Source: Octopus bimaculoides
Taxonomy: Eukaryota
Reading direction: 5' to 3'
Length of the DNA: 45,357 nucleotides
NCBI RefSeq assembly: GCF_001194135.2
Contig: NC_068999.1
Location: forward strand, 8,440,534-8,485,890
In this document: positions 11,589 to 23,637 of the stretch, piece by piece
How the letters are laid out: each line of letters opens with the position of its first letter
How positions within the stretch are numbered: position 1 is the stretch's first letter
The notes under the pieces: model-generated
Told to the model about the DNA's origin: nothing
The model's input: the letters and a program-made list of their open reading frames with translations, nothing else
The model's database searches: none
Translations under genes and position numbers: made by a program

Positions 11589-11740
11589 GGAGCGGCTGTG
11601 TGGTAAGTAGCTTGCTTACCGACCAGATGGTCATGGGTTCAGTCCCACTACGTGGCACCTTGGGCAAGTGTTTTCTACTAGAGCCTCGAGTCGACCAAAG
11701 CCTTGTGAGTGGATTTGGTAGATGGAAACTGAAAGAAGCC

Positions 11741-11776
<36 letters not shown>

Positions 11777-12053
11777 GAGAATATACAAATAATAACAACA
11801 GACGAGGACAGGTGGTGTAAATAACAAAAGTATATATATATATGTATATATATATATGTATGTGTGACTATATGTCTGTGTTTGTTCCCCCAACATCGCT
11901 TGACAACCAATGCTGGTGTGTTTAAGTCCCCGTAACTTAGCGGTTCGGCAAAAGAGCCTGATAGAATAAGTACTAGGCTGGGGTCGATTTGCTCGATTAC
12001 AAGGCGGTGCTCCAGCATGGCTGCAGTCAAATGACTGAAACAAGTAAAAGAGT
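11589..12053 (+). mobile_element. tRNA-derived SINE, family A, with a short pseudo-LTR-like insert in its (TA)n tract (about 11775-11830)
   Basis: Family-A body. The insert aacaacagacgaggacaggtggtgtaaataacaaaag also occurs at about 23788-23824. Confidence 0.85.
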
Positions 12054-14819
12054 AATATAAAGCACGACAGGCCACGATTGTGGCTGTCAGGCACAGGTCG
12101 ACAGGCCACAATCATGGCCCAGATTGATGCATTCAATTAATGGGCGTTTGTTGGGGTCTAATGTCACTCAAACGCTCCGATACCTCCCAGAATGCAAGAG
12201 GACTAATAGTTCAACTAATAACTTTTCAGATGATGTAAAACTTGCTACCATTATATACTAAGAAGATATTTTAACTATTTTTTGTTTTTTATGTATGCAT
12301 GGTAGTCTCATTTTCATAAAATGTGCTCAGCAGTCCATACTATGTAAGTGCAAATCCCAGTGCTTTATGGGTTAATTACAAAAAAATAGTAAATCATTTT
12401 AATATCCACTTTTCAATGTGTGCGTGGATCAAACTGAAGTTTTTGAAGCTGATTTTTTTTTTTTTATTTACAGCTGGATGCTCTTCCTGCCAGCAACCCT
12501 CACTTGTTTCCAAGCAAGGTAATATTTTCCCACAGAAGACTAGAAACAAACAACACTGCTAGTATGATGGTGATGCTCATTTACAATCATGAGATGATGT
12601 CAAGACTAGAGTACAAACACACGCATGCATATGTGTATATATGTATGTAAAGGTAAAGCCCAAGGATCAATGTGTAGGAAGTAAGTAAGTCTCAAGCAGT
12701 CTGTAGAAGGAAGGTTTAAAAATACTTTCAGGAACAATAGGGGATTTTTGACATAGGAGGTTGTAAATTTTTCCCAAACTGAAAAAAGTTATTTCATAAT
12801 TCACGGTTAGCAGCTGGGGTTGTTGTGTATGCGAATAAAAATCCAAATTTAGGGAATGATGCAGATAAAATCCAAGCTACACAAGTTTCGTAGCTAGCAG
12901 AACCTTTGAAGTAGTAATTACCCAAACGAGGGGTAATCTGCTAGCTAATCATTGAAGATACCTCGGTCAAATGAAGCTTACATAAGGCGGCGATTTAAAA
13001 GCAATGACACCAGTTGCACACAACTTTCTATTTCTTACAACCTTTGGTAGATAGAAACTGTGTGCAAACAAATGTGGCACGTGGATTGTGATTCCTAGAT
13101 TACAGTCCTAAATAGAATTGTGTGTTAGAATCCTTGGAGTCACTATATTAGGACTTTACTCTACTTTATTTACAACACTAATCTAGAACACACCTTTTCA
13201 TTTTTGTGGGAGATGCTATTCTAGGATCCTACTCAGCAGTTTCATTTAGAACTTTACACTAAGATTCAGAGATATAACTATATTTAGAATATTAGTTTTG
13301 GACCCGAATCTGCAATTCTATTTAGGATGCTATTCTAAGAATATTCGGTCTTTATTTAGACTACTAATCTGGGACTGCACTAGGACTGGCTCTATATAGG
13401 ACGCTATTCTAGGACTCTATCATAGTTTTTATTTTGGTTAGACCTATGATGAAAGACATTCCAGCCACGAACACACTGTCTTTTTAGAAATATGTAGGTT
13501 GACATTATTGAATGCAGCCTGCCCTCATTTCAAGGCGATTGTGAGTATTTGGCTGCTGTTTCTAACATATGGAGACACCATATACGATGCATAGACACCA
13601 GGAAAATATGTCCTGTTTATCAAAGGTGATACATAGGACAGGTAAATAGGTAACGCTGCAGGAGCGATAGGGGGTTACTACATTCTTGTCTGAACAGAAT
13701 AAGGCTCTGAAATACTGTAATCTGCCAGTAAATCATATTCCTCTTTTCTCTGTCTGAGTGTTTGAAGAATTTGCTGGGTTGTTGGAGCGCTGACAAGGAC
13801 GTTTTCAACTGCATTAGCGTCCCACCTGACATATCAAGATGATGCTTGGCAGGATGCCTGGCTCACCTTCAAGTAATGCCGCAAGTGTTTTGGGGTGTCT
13901 CCAAAATTATTAGAGGGAATATCAGTTTCCCCTGGTGTGATGTATAATTGAAGGAGTGTATTTGATTATTCATTCACAGATTTGCTTCTGGTTTTTCCTT
14001 CTTTCTAATCTTTACCACGAAGACAAAATACTTAGCGGTATTTCTCCCAGCTTTACATTCTAAGTTAATCCTTTTTGTTTATGTTTACTTTGGTATATTA
14101 TGTTCTTCCCAATCTTTTTAAAAAAATGTTATATACCTATTAATATAACGATGACTAATTTAGAGACAATGCCAGTAATTTTGAGGAGATGGGGCTTAGA
14201 CGGTACCAATGATGTCAATACACGACCGTGAAAATTTAGGAGAAGCTTATCAAAATATTTTGGATAGGCAAAAGATTAAAGATGAGTGATAGAAAAATGG
14301 CACATGATATGAAATTAACTAAACTCTGACTAAAGAAAAAAGAAAGATAAAACTCAAAATATTCTCTGTAGCTTCTCCGCGATCCGCTGGAGTGGTTCTC
14401 CTCCCGATATATTTATACAGAGAAGAAATATATTTCTTCCCGATATACTTTAAAGAGTGGAAATTATTTTGCCTCAGTTTAAACACCATTTTTTTTTTTG
14501 AAAATTGAAAATTATCAAATTAGACATTAGTGTGGAGGAAAAAAATTGACTTTGAGTCCAGCAGAGAAAANNNNNNNNNNNNNNNNNNNNNNNNNNNNNN
14601 NNNNNNNNNNNNNNNNNNNNNNNNNNNNNNNNNNNNNNNNNNNNNNNNNNNNNNNNNNNNNNNNNNNNNNNNNNNNNNNNNNNNNNNNNNNNNNNNNNNN
14701 NNNNNNNNNNNNNNNNNNNNNNNNNNNNNNNNNNNNNNNNNNAGACGATGCTACAGTACAAAATGACGATGCAGTACTGCAATGTAATAGTCCAAAAAAA
14801 CGATAAACGTCGCCCTTTC

Positions 14820-15095
14820 AAAGCCAAGCCAGGCTCATGGGCCTGGTTTCCCGGTTTCTATGGCGTATGGGTTCCCCCCAGATGGACGGGACGCCAGTCC
14901 ATCGCAACGTTACTCAAGAAACAGTTAGAAAGAGTGAGAGAAAGTCGGGGCGAAAGAGTACAACTGGGGTCGCCACCACCCCCTGCCAGAGCCTTGTGGA
15001 GCTGAGGTGTTTTTGCTCAATAAACACACATAACGCCTGGTCTGGGAATCGAAACCGCGAGTCCGCAGGCCTAACCACTGGGCCATTGCGCCACC
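14820..15095 (-). mobile_element. tRNA-derived SINE, family C-like head
   Basis: Reverse complement of ggcgcaatggcccagtggttagg...gcggtttcgattcccagaccaggcgtt...ttattgagcaaaaacacc. Confidence 0.75.
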
Positions 15096-16135
15096 ATAAT
15101 AATATAAAAAAAATATAAGAAAAATAATAAAAAATCAGAAATTACTCATTTTGCCCCACCCTTATAGTCATGCAATGGAATATCATCTGGTAAGTTAGTG
15201 ATTACTAAATAATTACATCGATATACAATGCCCTGTGGTGGATATTATTTAAGCTTTATTTAAATATTAATTAGCATGGTGAAGATGCCTTTTTCTATTA
15301 GCTCCCCACTCTGTGTTGTATTGTAACCCGAGTACATAAATTAATCAGCAAGCAGTAGGGCAGAATACGAAACCTTAAAACTCCACTTTTCTTCACCGCC
15401 GTCAACACACCTTAATTCTTGGTAATGGCATGCACTTAACAACAGGGAGGTATTCAGTTAGTTGGGATAGTTCTTCTACCCAAATATGACGATGTCTATC
15501 GACTTACATATTCCTCAACACTACCACCGCCATCATTTAATAAATACATTTATTATTCAGTATTACACACAAGACGAAAGTGGACTGGTTCGTTTCGTTT
15601 CATTTTCGCGTTTTCGTTTAGTGTTTTCGATGTAACCCATAATTCTTCTTTCACAGAACGATACCCAGCCTCTTGCTATCAGAGAAGACTTATAGAACCA
15701 GGTGTAGAATTACACCTGTGTTATTTTTCTTCTTCAGCTAAGTGATGTGCGATTTCAGAGCAGTCGTTATAAATAGGTATAGAATTCTATTTTATTGTAC
15801 AATTTTACGGTTGTTTAATCTGTATTACGTATATCATACAACACAGGTGCAAATTCTGATCCAAGCACTCCATATAACCCCTCATAGCTTTTATGTATTG
15901 GGGAATTTTCTCAAAATTTTTACGAATTCGTGTTCTACACACTGGAATTCATACAAAATTTATGCAAAAAAATTTTATTTTAAAATTTTTCATTCCCTGA
16001 GGAAAAAAATATTTATTGTTCAATTTTTTTTTCCTGCTCATGGACAGTCCAAATCTGCAATTGTTTCTTTCAATAATTTCAAATTAATTTTCAGACGTAA
16101 AAATGTGTGAATAAAGAGAGATTTAACATCTCACA

Positions 16136-16525
16136 GTGGAGGCGCAATGGCCCAGTGGTTAGGGCTGCGGACTCGCGGTCATAGGATCGCGGTTTCGATT
16201 CCCAGACCGGGCGTTGTGAGTGTTTATTGAGCGAAAACACCTAAAAGCTCCACGAAGCTCCGGCAGGGGATGGTGGCAAACCCTGTTGTACTCTTCAATC
16301 ACAACTTTCTCTCACTCTTACTTCCTGTTTCTGTTGTGCCCGTAATTCAAAGGGTCAGCTTTGTCACACACTGTGTCACGCTGAATATCCCCGAGAACTA
16401 CGTTAAGGGTACACGTGTCTGTGGGGTGCTCAGCCACTTGCACGTTAATTTCACGAGCAGGCTGTTCTGTTGATCGGATCAACTGGAACCCTCGTCGTCG
16501 TAAGCGACGGAGTGCCAACAACAAC
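16136..16525 (+). mobile_element. Full-length tRNA-derived SINE, family C, with target-site duplication
   Basis: A box tggcccagtgg, B box ggtttcgattccc, (CAA)n tail. 11-bp TSD AACATCTCACA at 16125-16135 and 16526-16536. Confidence 0.92.
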
Positions 16526-17674
16526 AACATCTCACAACGTTCTCGTTTATTTGTCATTCTAACATGTATTGATGATGTTTTTCAATGTTTTTCACCCCAT
16601 AAACACATTTGATGGAATGGTGATACGGAAGCAACACGCATTTTGTTTAACCCAAGGCTGGTCCACTGCTGGGATTTGAGCGAAAATAAAACCCCCCAAA
16701 ACCTTATAATTTAAATTTTTATCTCCCTCCCCAACACATACACACGCAATAAGTATGTAAGCAGAAAACATATTTAATAACAGAAATGTATTCTATTAAA
16801 ATAATTTAACTTTTATATAACTTTCAAAATCACTGGATAAAGCCACGGCAATGGGGATCTTTCGTTTTGACTCGGATTCTGTCAACATACTACTCGGTAA
16901 TTTCCACGAGCACGTGTTGTCTTGTCAACTGTCAGTTGACGTATCGAAGGGGAAAGAGAAAGCTTGTTCCTCTGTGTGTGTGTGTGAGATTGATAGATAA
17001 AGAGAGATATATATATATTGCTTTCTTATTAGAGTAAATACACTCAAACGCGTATAATCGAGTTTGTGTATGTGAGTGTGCGTGCGCGTGTGTGTGTGTG
17101 TGTGTGCGCGCGCACGAAAGTGTCTGTGTGCGTGCACGTTAGAAAGTGTCTATATGCGTGCGTGTGTGTGTTGCGTTAATAATCAATGGACAATGTTTGG
17201 TGCAGTTTCAAATTCCCACACCTTATAGGTAACACAAAACCAATGCTAAACACACGCACGCACACACACACGCACGCACACACACACACACACAAACAGA
17301 CAGTAGACAGACTTACATTGGTATTACACTCAAATATACTAAAATCTGAAACAGATATATATACACACACACCCATAAAAAACTGTTTAAGCGATGATTA
17401 AACGGCACTTGAGATGTTTGCTTTATTTACGCTGTTTTTTTTAAAATTCTATCGAGTTTAGCACGAGGTCAACTTCCTTTGAATATGTTCCAACTTATAA
17501 CAAGTTCAATGACGTCTTGTTTACCATAATTAAAGAATTCGACGGACTTGGTTTCTGCAACTAGCACAATGTTATATGCAGTATAACTTTTATCTCTGTC
17601 ACCATCTTTCAAATACTCTGCTTAGTTGTTCTGATAGGATTTGCTAAATCCTATTTCAGTCAAGTTTTGCTGTA

Positions 17675-17895
17675 CCATGGCCCATCCAAGTAGGGAGTTC
17701 TTGTTGAGCGAGTTGTATCCGGGTATTGGTGTCTTGTTTGGTAACCCTTGAAGAAATTTGTCCAGATTTCGTTTACAGGTGATGGGATAGGACAGGGCCT
17801 GTTGAAGGAAGGAAATTGTGCTGCAGTGTATTTATGTGTTGTGGTCCTGAATTGTGAAGGGGACGTGGTCCTAGCCTTGGGTGGTTATCATGCAG
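17675..17895 (-). mobile_element. CR1/L2-type LINE ORF2 3' fragment
   Basis: Translation CKRNLDKFLQGLPNKTPIPGYNSLNKNSLLGWAM resembles the FK..LDKFL..IPD.P..PGY....NSL.DW end of CR1-group ORF2. Confidence 0.65.
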
Positions 17896-18179
17896 TTTGT
17901 TGCCGTAAAATAAAGTGAAAAGAAATTAAAGTAAATTGTGATAAAAACTGAAAGTAATGACAGTGATACACTAAAAATTCATATTTAACAAAAACACGTT
18001 TGGAAGTCGATGGATTACAGGCATAATGATGTGGTCTATCTGAGAGAAAATATAGCTAGTAGCTAAAATTTCACAACCCTATCAAAATTATACCCTGCAA
18101 ATCAATCCAGGTTACAACTCATAGCTTGGAAACAACTGCGTAGAGGCCCCTTTTTTGATCCCAACTCATTTTGTATTAA

Positions 18180-18720
18180 GGTATATTCTCTCAACATTGC
18201 AGGCAAAAGAATCTTGCAAGAACCAACTGTATTTATCGTATAGCATTCAACCTCTTTATGTATCTTTGGAAATAGTATCTAAAGTCTTAAAATCATTAGT
18301 AAATCCCATTCTGTAAGACCCGAAGATTAAGATCAAAGGCGGTAGTCATAAAATGCGCAATTTGTTTTTTATGGATGATTTGCAGTTATTTAGTGGCTTC
18401 TAATGAGAACTTACTGATCTCTTCAAAGTAATCCGCTGTTTCAGCCAAGATATAAATATACGAACATGAATATAAGTATGAATAATGTTGGCCTTGAAAA
18501 ATCGTACGCAGGTTAACTACAGACGAAAACAAAATAGTTTTTTTAGATAAGTTTCTGATCTGATTAAAAAAAAAAAAAAAAATTCAGGATAGGCTTTTTG
18601 AAAATATATCTCTATAAACATTCTAGAGAAGCTGAGAGTATAAACATCCAGTGTAAAGCTAGGAATGAGAACTTAAAAGAGTGAGAGCTGCAGAATGATT
18701 GAAGTTAATTAAAAAAGACA
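18180..18720 (+). mobile_element. Decayed RT fragment of an R4/R2-type LINE
   Basis: NLFFMDDLQLFSGF**ELTDLFKVIRCFSQDINI (FMDD; ATG GAT GAT at 18371-18379) followed by VGLEKS, matching HLLFMDDLKL....EL..L...V..FS.DI.M.FGLEKC. Stops and frameshifts present. Confidence 0.65.
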
Positions 18721-19057
18721 GAAACTGTGTTCACAGAACAAAAAACTAAACGTTATTGTTAGTTTTTGCAGTCTTTGTCTCAATGACTTCAGAATAATAC
18801 AGAATAACTTCATTCATCAAGGAGTGGAGTGTTTAAAAACAAGGAAACAGTGATATATGAACCAGTGATATGTGAATGGAACAAACGGTAGGCCAACGCC
18901 AGCGAAGCTCGCTCCATCACGTATTTTCTTGATGCTCTCTGTCTTTACCCAGAAGGTTTTTCCCCTATTCAATAAATTTAGGATAACTCACATAACCTTG
19001 TTTATCACTGGAGTTTAGTTTTAAAAAGAGAAAAAAGAAACAGTGATAAATTAATCA

Positions 19058-19207
19058 GTTGTGTGGTAAGTAGCTTGCTTACGAACCATATGGTTCTGGG
19101 TTCATTCCCACTGCGTAGCACCTTGGGCAAGTGTCTTCTACTATAGCCTCGGGCCGACCAAAGCCTTGTGAGTGGATTTGGTAGACGGAAACTGAAAGAA
19201 GCCCGTC

Positions 19208-19245
<38 letters not shown>
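19058..19245 (+). mobile_element. SINE family A, 5' part, runs into a gap
   Basis: gtgtggtaagtagcttgctt...ggaaactgaaagaagcccgtcgt(TA)n. Confidence 0.85.
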
Positions 19246-20088
19246 NNNNNNNNNNNNNNNNNNNNNNNNNNNNNNNNNNNNNNNNNNNNNNNNNNNNNNN
19301 NNNNNNNNNNNNNNNNNNNNNNNNNNNNNNNNNNNNNNNNNNNNNNNNNNNNNNNNNNNNNNNNNNNNNNNNNNNNNNNNNNNNNNNNNNNNNNNNNNNN
19401 NNNNNNNNNNNNNNNNNNNNNNNNNNNNNNNNNNNNNNNNNNNNNNNNNNNNNNNNNNNNNNNNNNNNNNNNNNNNNNNNNNNNNNNNNNNNNNNNNNNN
19501 NNNNNNNNNNNNNNNNNNNNNNNNNNNNNNNNNNNNNNNNNNNNNNNNNNNNNNNNNNNNNNNNNNNNNNNNNNNNNNNNNNNNNNNNNNNNNNNNNNNN
19601 NNNNNNNNNNNNNNNNNNNNNNNNNNNNNNNNNNNNNNNNNNNNNNNNNNNNNNNNNNNNNNNATATATATATATATATATAAAATGATTCCTTAGATAT
19701 GTGCAAAATTGGTCCTTCCGTAATCGTGTTTTGGCCTTGATGCTCCTGAATATCTGCTATTGAAATTGGGGGCACAGCTAGTATATCTGTGTGTCTTTTA
19801 TGCTTTCAAATACGGTAAGAAGCACATTGTAAGAAACATGGAGCCAAATCTTATCTGCTTGTTGAATAAGTGAAACCAAAAATAAAATTGTAGCAGAAGA
19901 AATATGCCAACAGCCTTTTTCTTCTCTATTTCAATCAGAATATTACAAAAAATCAACGTCTACGAGACAGACATCACGCCGTGTGTCCTATAAAACATAG
20001 CTACCATACTCATTATGAAACCAACCAATGAGGGAGTCTTACTGCTATATACAGCAGCCAAATCTCCCTAAAATTACATCTTACCATC

Positions 20089-20125
20089 TTAACCCTTTCG
20101 ATACCAATCCCACCTGAAATGGTCT
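20089..20125. mobile_element. Isolated terminus of the piggyBac-like MITE family seen at 37268-37724
   Basis: TTAA-CCCTTTCGATACC matches the reverse complement of the right end of 37268-37489. Confidence 0.55.
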
Positions 20126-20128
20126 GAA

Positions 20129-20468
20129 TACAGTTGTATATTTAAGAGATGAGGAATTATGTACATTATCTACATTCAACGGATATTTGTCCTCATCTTG
20201 TTTGTTGTTAACACGTTTCGGCTGATATACCCTCCAGCCTTCTTCAGGTGTCTTGGGAAAATTTCGAACCTGGGTTCTCATTCCTAAGGTATTCTTCGAT
20301 GTTATTATTATTATTATTATTGTTATTGTTCAGGTCAGTGCTTGGAATTGAACTCGGAATCTTGGGGTTAGTAGCCCGCGCTCTAATCATCGAATAATAC
20401 CTATGGCGTAGTGGTTAAGAGCATGGGCTACTAACCCCAAGATTCTGAGGTTCGATTCCAGGCAGTGA

Positions 20469-20512
<44 letters not shown>

Positions 20513-20612
20513 TTACCCCAAGACACATGATGAAGGCTGGAGGGTATATCAGCCGAAACGTTGTGTTAACAACAAACAAGATGAGGACAAATATCCATCA
20601 AATGTAAATAAT
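20129..20612. mobile_element. Head-to-head inverted pair of the tRNA-head, (AAT)n, hammerhead-tail composite (20129-20388 on -, 20404-20612 on +)
   Basis: + copy: A box TGGCGTAGTGG 20404-20414, B box GGTTCGATTCC 20449-20459, hammerhead-like motif 20522-20567. - copy: motif 20252-20207 with intact CTGAAGA core. Confidence 0.8.
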
Positions 20613-21357
20613 GAAATGTTTTAATATTCATAAATTTTGAAGATTTGCCATGCATCGCAACATTTAAAAGATTTCTTTATCACTATCAATGACACTTAGA
20701 TGTGATTTGATTTTTTTTTCCACTAAGACCAATAAAAAATCTTTCTCTCTAAATTTTCAAACAAGGTTTCCACTTATTGCTGGAATTGTTCAGTTTATTT
20801 TTTTGTATTCGGAGGTCCATTGTCTCAATGTTTTAATGTTCCCAAATTCAAATGATTCATCCGGCCTAGCATAAGAAAATCCGATGCTATTTTAGCTTGC
20901 AGTCTACTGCAGTATCTCTAGCCTACGCTGTGAAATGACCTGATCTGGGCTAGGCTTGAACTTAGGCTAAGGAACACTTTGAAATTCCAGATTGTAAATT
21001 CAGAAAGCCAAGGTGTGTTAGCGCCTCTTCACGTTTACACAAGTTCTTCATGAACGTCTGCAATGAATCATACCTGTAGAGTATTTTGGGAGTGATATAA
21101 ACATTGTTTTCTTATTTTCCTGTTGTTTTTGGCATTTTTATTTACTTCTTCGTCCTCCAATTTATGAACTTTCATCAGGTAACATTTTTCAGCAATAACC
21201 CTGTCACCACTGACGGCTCGAATACTCTAGAACAGTGTTAATACGACACTTGAGAACTGATGCTGGTTATTGCTGCTTGAGAACATTGCCCCTGTCTGTC
21301 TGTCTGTCTCTTTCGCTTTCTCTATCTCTGCTTGTTTTTCTATTTCTTTCTCCTTAC

Positions 21358-21389
<32 letters not shown>

Positions 21390-21390
<1 letters not shown>

Positions 21391-21628
21391 TATCTTTCTT
21401 ATTTCTTTATTACCCACAAGGGGCTAAATATAGAGGGGACAAACAAGGACAGACAAGGGGATTAAGTCGATTACATCGACCCAGTGCATAACTGGTACTT
21501 AATTTATCGACCCTGAAAGAATGAAAGGCAAAGTCGACCTCGGCGGAATTTGAACTCAGAACATAACGGCAGACGAAATACCGCTAAGCATTTCGTCCGG
21601 CGTGCTAACGTTTCTGCCAGCTCGGCAC
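21390..21628 (-). mobile_element. tRNA-derived SINE, family B
   Basis: Reverse complement of the 40499-40715 type sequence (gagctggcagaaacgttagcacgccggacgaaatgc...gtcgactttgcctttcattc...). Confidence 0.88.
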
Positions 21629-22053
21629 CTTTCTGTCTTTCTGTCAGTCAATCTCTTCCTCTACCTCTTTCTCCCTACTCCGTGCTGCCTATCTCTTTCT
21701 CTCCCCACTCTCTCTCCATCTTTCAACCTCTGTCTGTTTGTATATCTGTCTCTGTCTGTTTGTCTGTCTCTCTTTCTCGCTCCTCCTCCCCTCACTTTCT
21801 TTGACATCAGAAATGTATACCGAAGCAACACATCAACACAAAATGTTGCTTGCATTAATGTATTCTGACGTGTTAAACACCTTGACTCGCAGAACTCTCT
21901 AGAACATTCCAGAAGACATGGCAAACCAGCCACGTGACATAAATCCACTGGAAAAATATCTTAGAAAATAAAGGGCCAACATATTCCAAAGACAGCCACT
22001 GAGAATGGGAATTGGGAACACATATTTATTATAAGGTGGGAGAGCATTATTAT

Positions 22054-22326
22054 GATGTCACAACTGTGAATATATACAAATGATAAAATAAGACTTAACA
22101 ATCCGATGTCATAATTGTGAACACGTACAAATGATGAAACAGAAGTGAAGAACTCTGATGTCATAATCGTAAATACATCCAAATGATAGGAAAAGAGTTA
22201 ACCACTCTCGAGATGTCATAAGTGTGAACTCATACATAAAATAAGAGAAGAGCGAACTGTTCTGATGTCATAACTGTGATCTCATACTTATAGTAAGGTG
22301 GAAGTACACTGCTGTGATGTCATGAC
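22054..22326 (+). repeat. Diverged minisatellite of about 52 bp, five units plus a sixth core
   Basis: GATGTCA cores at 22054, 22105, 22157, 22212, 22264, 22316 (spacings 51, 52, 55, 52, 52). Confidence 0.9.
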
Positions 22327-22422
22327 TATATATATATTACACACACACATACACATATATATCTAATACACATACATGTTCATACATATAAATGTATGTG
22401 TGTGTGTGTATATATACAAACA

Positions 22423-22482
<60 letters not shown>

Positions 22483-22881
22483 CTTCTTTCAGTTTCCCTC
22501 TACCAAGTCCACTCACATGGCTTAAGTCTGTCCAAGGCACTTGCCCAAAGTGCCACACTGCGGGATTGAACCCGGAACCATGAGGTTGGGAAGCAAACTT
22601 CTTACAGCACAGTTACGCCTGTGTTTAATAAAGTTAAGATAATTGTAACTAACCCAATATCATGGCGGCCAAAGAATAATTATACAAGATCCAAATGAAC
22701 CATTGATCCATTCAGAGGGAATGTTGTGAGCTTGTCCACTTATATACCACGAAAACCAGGTAACTGGCCTGATATGTCCTAGGACTCGAAAACAAAACAA
22801 GAAAAGAAAAAAAAACAACAAACCGAGCAACCTCTGTCTTGCTTTCTCATGAATAAATACGAATGTGGAAGAAAATATTTC

Positions 22882-23238
22882 ACTCCGGGTTCAGTCCCAC
22901 TACGTGGTACGTCGGTCTGGCCAAGGACTGACCAACGCCTTGTGAGAGGATTTGGTAGACGGAAACTGAAAGAAGCCCATCGTATATGTTTACTCATGTA
23001 TGTATATATCTATGTGTATGTGTGTCTTTGTGTCTGTGTTTGTCTCCCACCATCACTTGACAACCGATATTGGTGTGTTTATGTCCCCGTAACCTAGCGG
23101 TTCCGCAAAAGATATCGATAGAAAAAGTACTAGGCTTACAAAGAACAAGTCCTGGGGTCAATTTCTTCGACTAAAACACTCTTCAAGGCGGTGCTCCAGC
23201 ATGGCCACAGTCAAATGACTGAAACAAGCAAAAGAATA
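22882..23238 (+). mobile_element. SINE family A, 5'-truncated; another partial copy on - at about 22340-22620
   Basis: ccgggttcagtcccactacgtgg...ggtgctccagcatggccacagtcaaatgactgaaacaagc. Confidence 0.85.
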
Positions 23239-23637
23239 AGGTTTTTTTCATTTTGTGGGAAGAGCTGGCGTTTTTCAGTTTGAGAACCATAGCTCTAAGC
23301 CCTAAACACTGATCCCTCTAATCTGTGCGCTTGTGCGCGCGCACACGTTTTACAAATTGGAAAGGATAAAAAAAATGTGCGCACGGTTCACAAAATAAAA
23401 TCGGAGTGTTTTGACTAAAGAAATTTGACTGATGGTTTCGATGAATGCTGACATTAATGTGCACATCTTTGCGAAGATAGATAGAATTTTCAGACAAGCA
23501 AATTTCTACGCACTCTCACAGCAAAAAATTAAGGGAAGCAGTAGCCTTAAAACGCTAGACACTAATCCTAACCCCAAACCCTAAAACTTAACACTTCCTG
23601 GAATTGAAACCCTCACCAATAATATATTTCATAACTC

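Noticed and set aside
13560-13900. Possible RTE LINE ORF2 3' remnant on + (FAG..CW, LTYG-like pieces)
   Set aside because: Needs several frameshifts and the similarity is too weak to support by eye; TBLASTN against RTE consensus sequences would decide.
16136-16210. tRNA-like sequences with A and B boxes (also 1316, 20404, 44958 and others)
   Set aside because: They lack a complete cloverleaf acceptor stem and continue into SINE bodies with tails and TSDs; SINE heads, not tRNA genes.
22054-22326. CRISPR array interpretation of the 52-bp repeat
   Set aside because: The core is only about 9-16 nt, the spacers are mutually homologous, there are no cas genes, and the context is a eukaryotic intron.
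23555-23595. cctaaccccaaaccctaaa telomere-like stretch
   Set aside because: Too short and degenerate to call an interstitial telomere or a Helitron-type element.
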